Positions 5,118 through 5,264 of a stretch of DNA of 5,264 nucleotides are shown one piece after another. Every line of letters starts with the position of its first letter. Position 1 is the stretch's first letter. Under the pieces are notes generated by a model. That model was not told the DNA's origin. It worked only from the letters and a program-made list of their open reading frames with translations, and did no database searches. The translations under genes were made by a program, and so were the position numbers. The stretch covers positions 1 through 5,264 of the forward strand of contig JAQTTP010000015.1 in NCBI GenBank assembly GCA_028710695.1. The letters are read 5' to 3'. The DNA comes from Candidatus Iainarchaeum sp. (GTDB taxonomy: Archaea; Iainarchaeota; Iainarchaeia; Iainarchaeales; 0-14-0-20-30-16).

Positions 5118-5245
5118 TTTCCAGTTTTCTTGTCATGCTTAAAATCACCATAAGATTGACCGTACTCATAAGGTTTTGAATTCCATCTGTAACATTCTTG
5201 TTTAGACGGACATTTTTCATCAGTACATTTAGATATATCCGGCAT
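5078..5245 (-). CDS. 55-aa 4-Cys small protein with a C-x4-C-P-x4-C-Y-R motif. It is not in the supplied ORF track.
   Basis: My manual minus-strand translation gives MPDISKCTDEKCPSKQECYRWNSKPYEYGQSYGDFKHDKKTGKCTSFWKRKGTGL, followed by TGA at 5078-5080. The ATG at 5243-5245 is preceded by TGAAAGGA-TAAATC. From memory, the C-x4-CP-x4-CYR[WFY]...C pattern recurs in small hypothetical proteins of tailed phages. I cannot verify that here. Confidence 0.62.
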   Translation of the reverse strand: MPDISKCTDEKCPSKQECYRWNSKPYEYGQSYGDFKHDKKTGKCTSFWKRKGTGL

Positions 5246-5264
5246 GATTTATCCTTTCACTTCT

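Overview
This is an AT-rich, very tightly packed window that looks like phage or prophage DNA. I saw no rRNA, tRNA, CRISPR array, transposase or integrase. It has two parts. (1) The left part is the end of a plus-strand module. It holds a large protein whose reading frame is open to the left window edge (nt 3..1133). A small YvrJ-like membrane protein (1133..1402) follows, coupled through a TAATG overlap. An imperfect hairpin at 1436..1463 sits between the two convergent gene blocks. (2) The right part is one long minus-strand operon running from 5245 to 1493. I count nine genes, and two of them are small Cys-rich ORFs (45 aa and 55 aa) missing from the supplied ORF track. In order of transcription the genes are: a 55-aa 4-Cys protein, an HNH endonuclease, a secreted Cys-rich protein with a C-terminal dockerin-like double EF-hand, a small lipoprotein, a DUF1353-like protein, an 81-aa acidic protein, a 45-aa CxxC-x4-CxC miniprotein, a 68-aa single-pass membrane protein, and a membrane-anchored SPFH/Band-7 (prohibitin/HflC-like) protein. 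Gene junctions are 1-nt or 4-nt overlaps or short gaps that carry a recurring TGAAAGGA Shine-Dalgarno 8-mer. I used that motif to revise several start codons. The most interesting content is the envelope-directed accessory module. It combines a virus-borne SPFH scaffold with a non-NfeD micro-partner and a dockerin-tagged secreted protein followed by a lipoprotein/DUF1353 pair. All family assignments come from motif recognition by eye and need HMM or structure confirmation.
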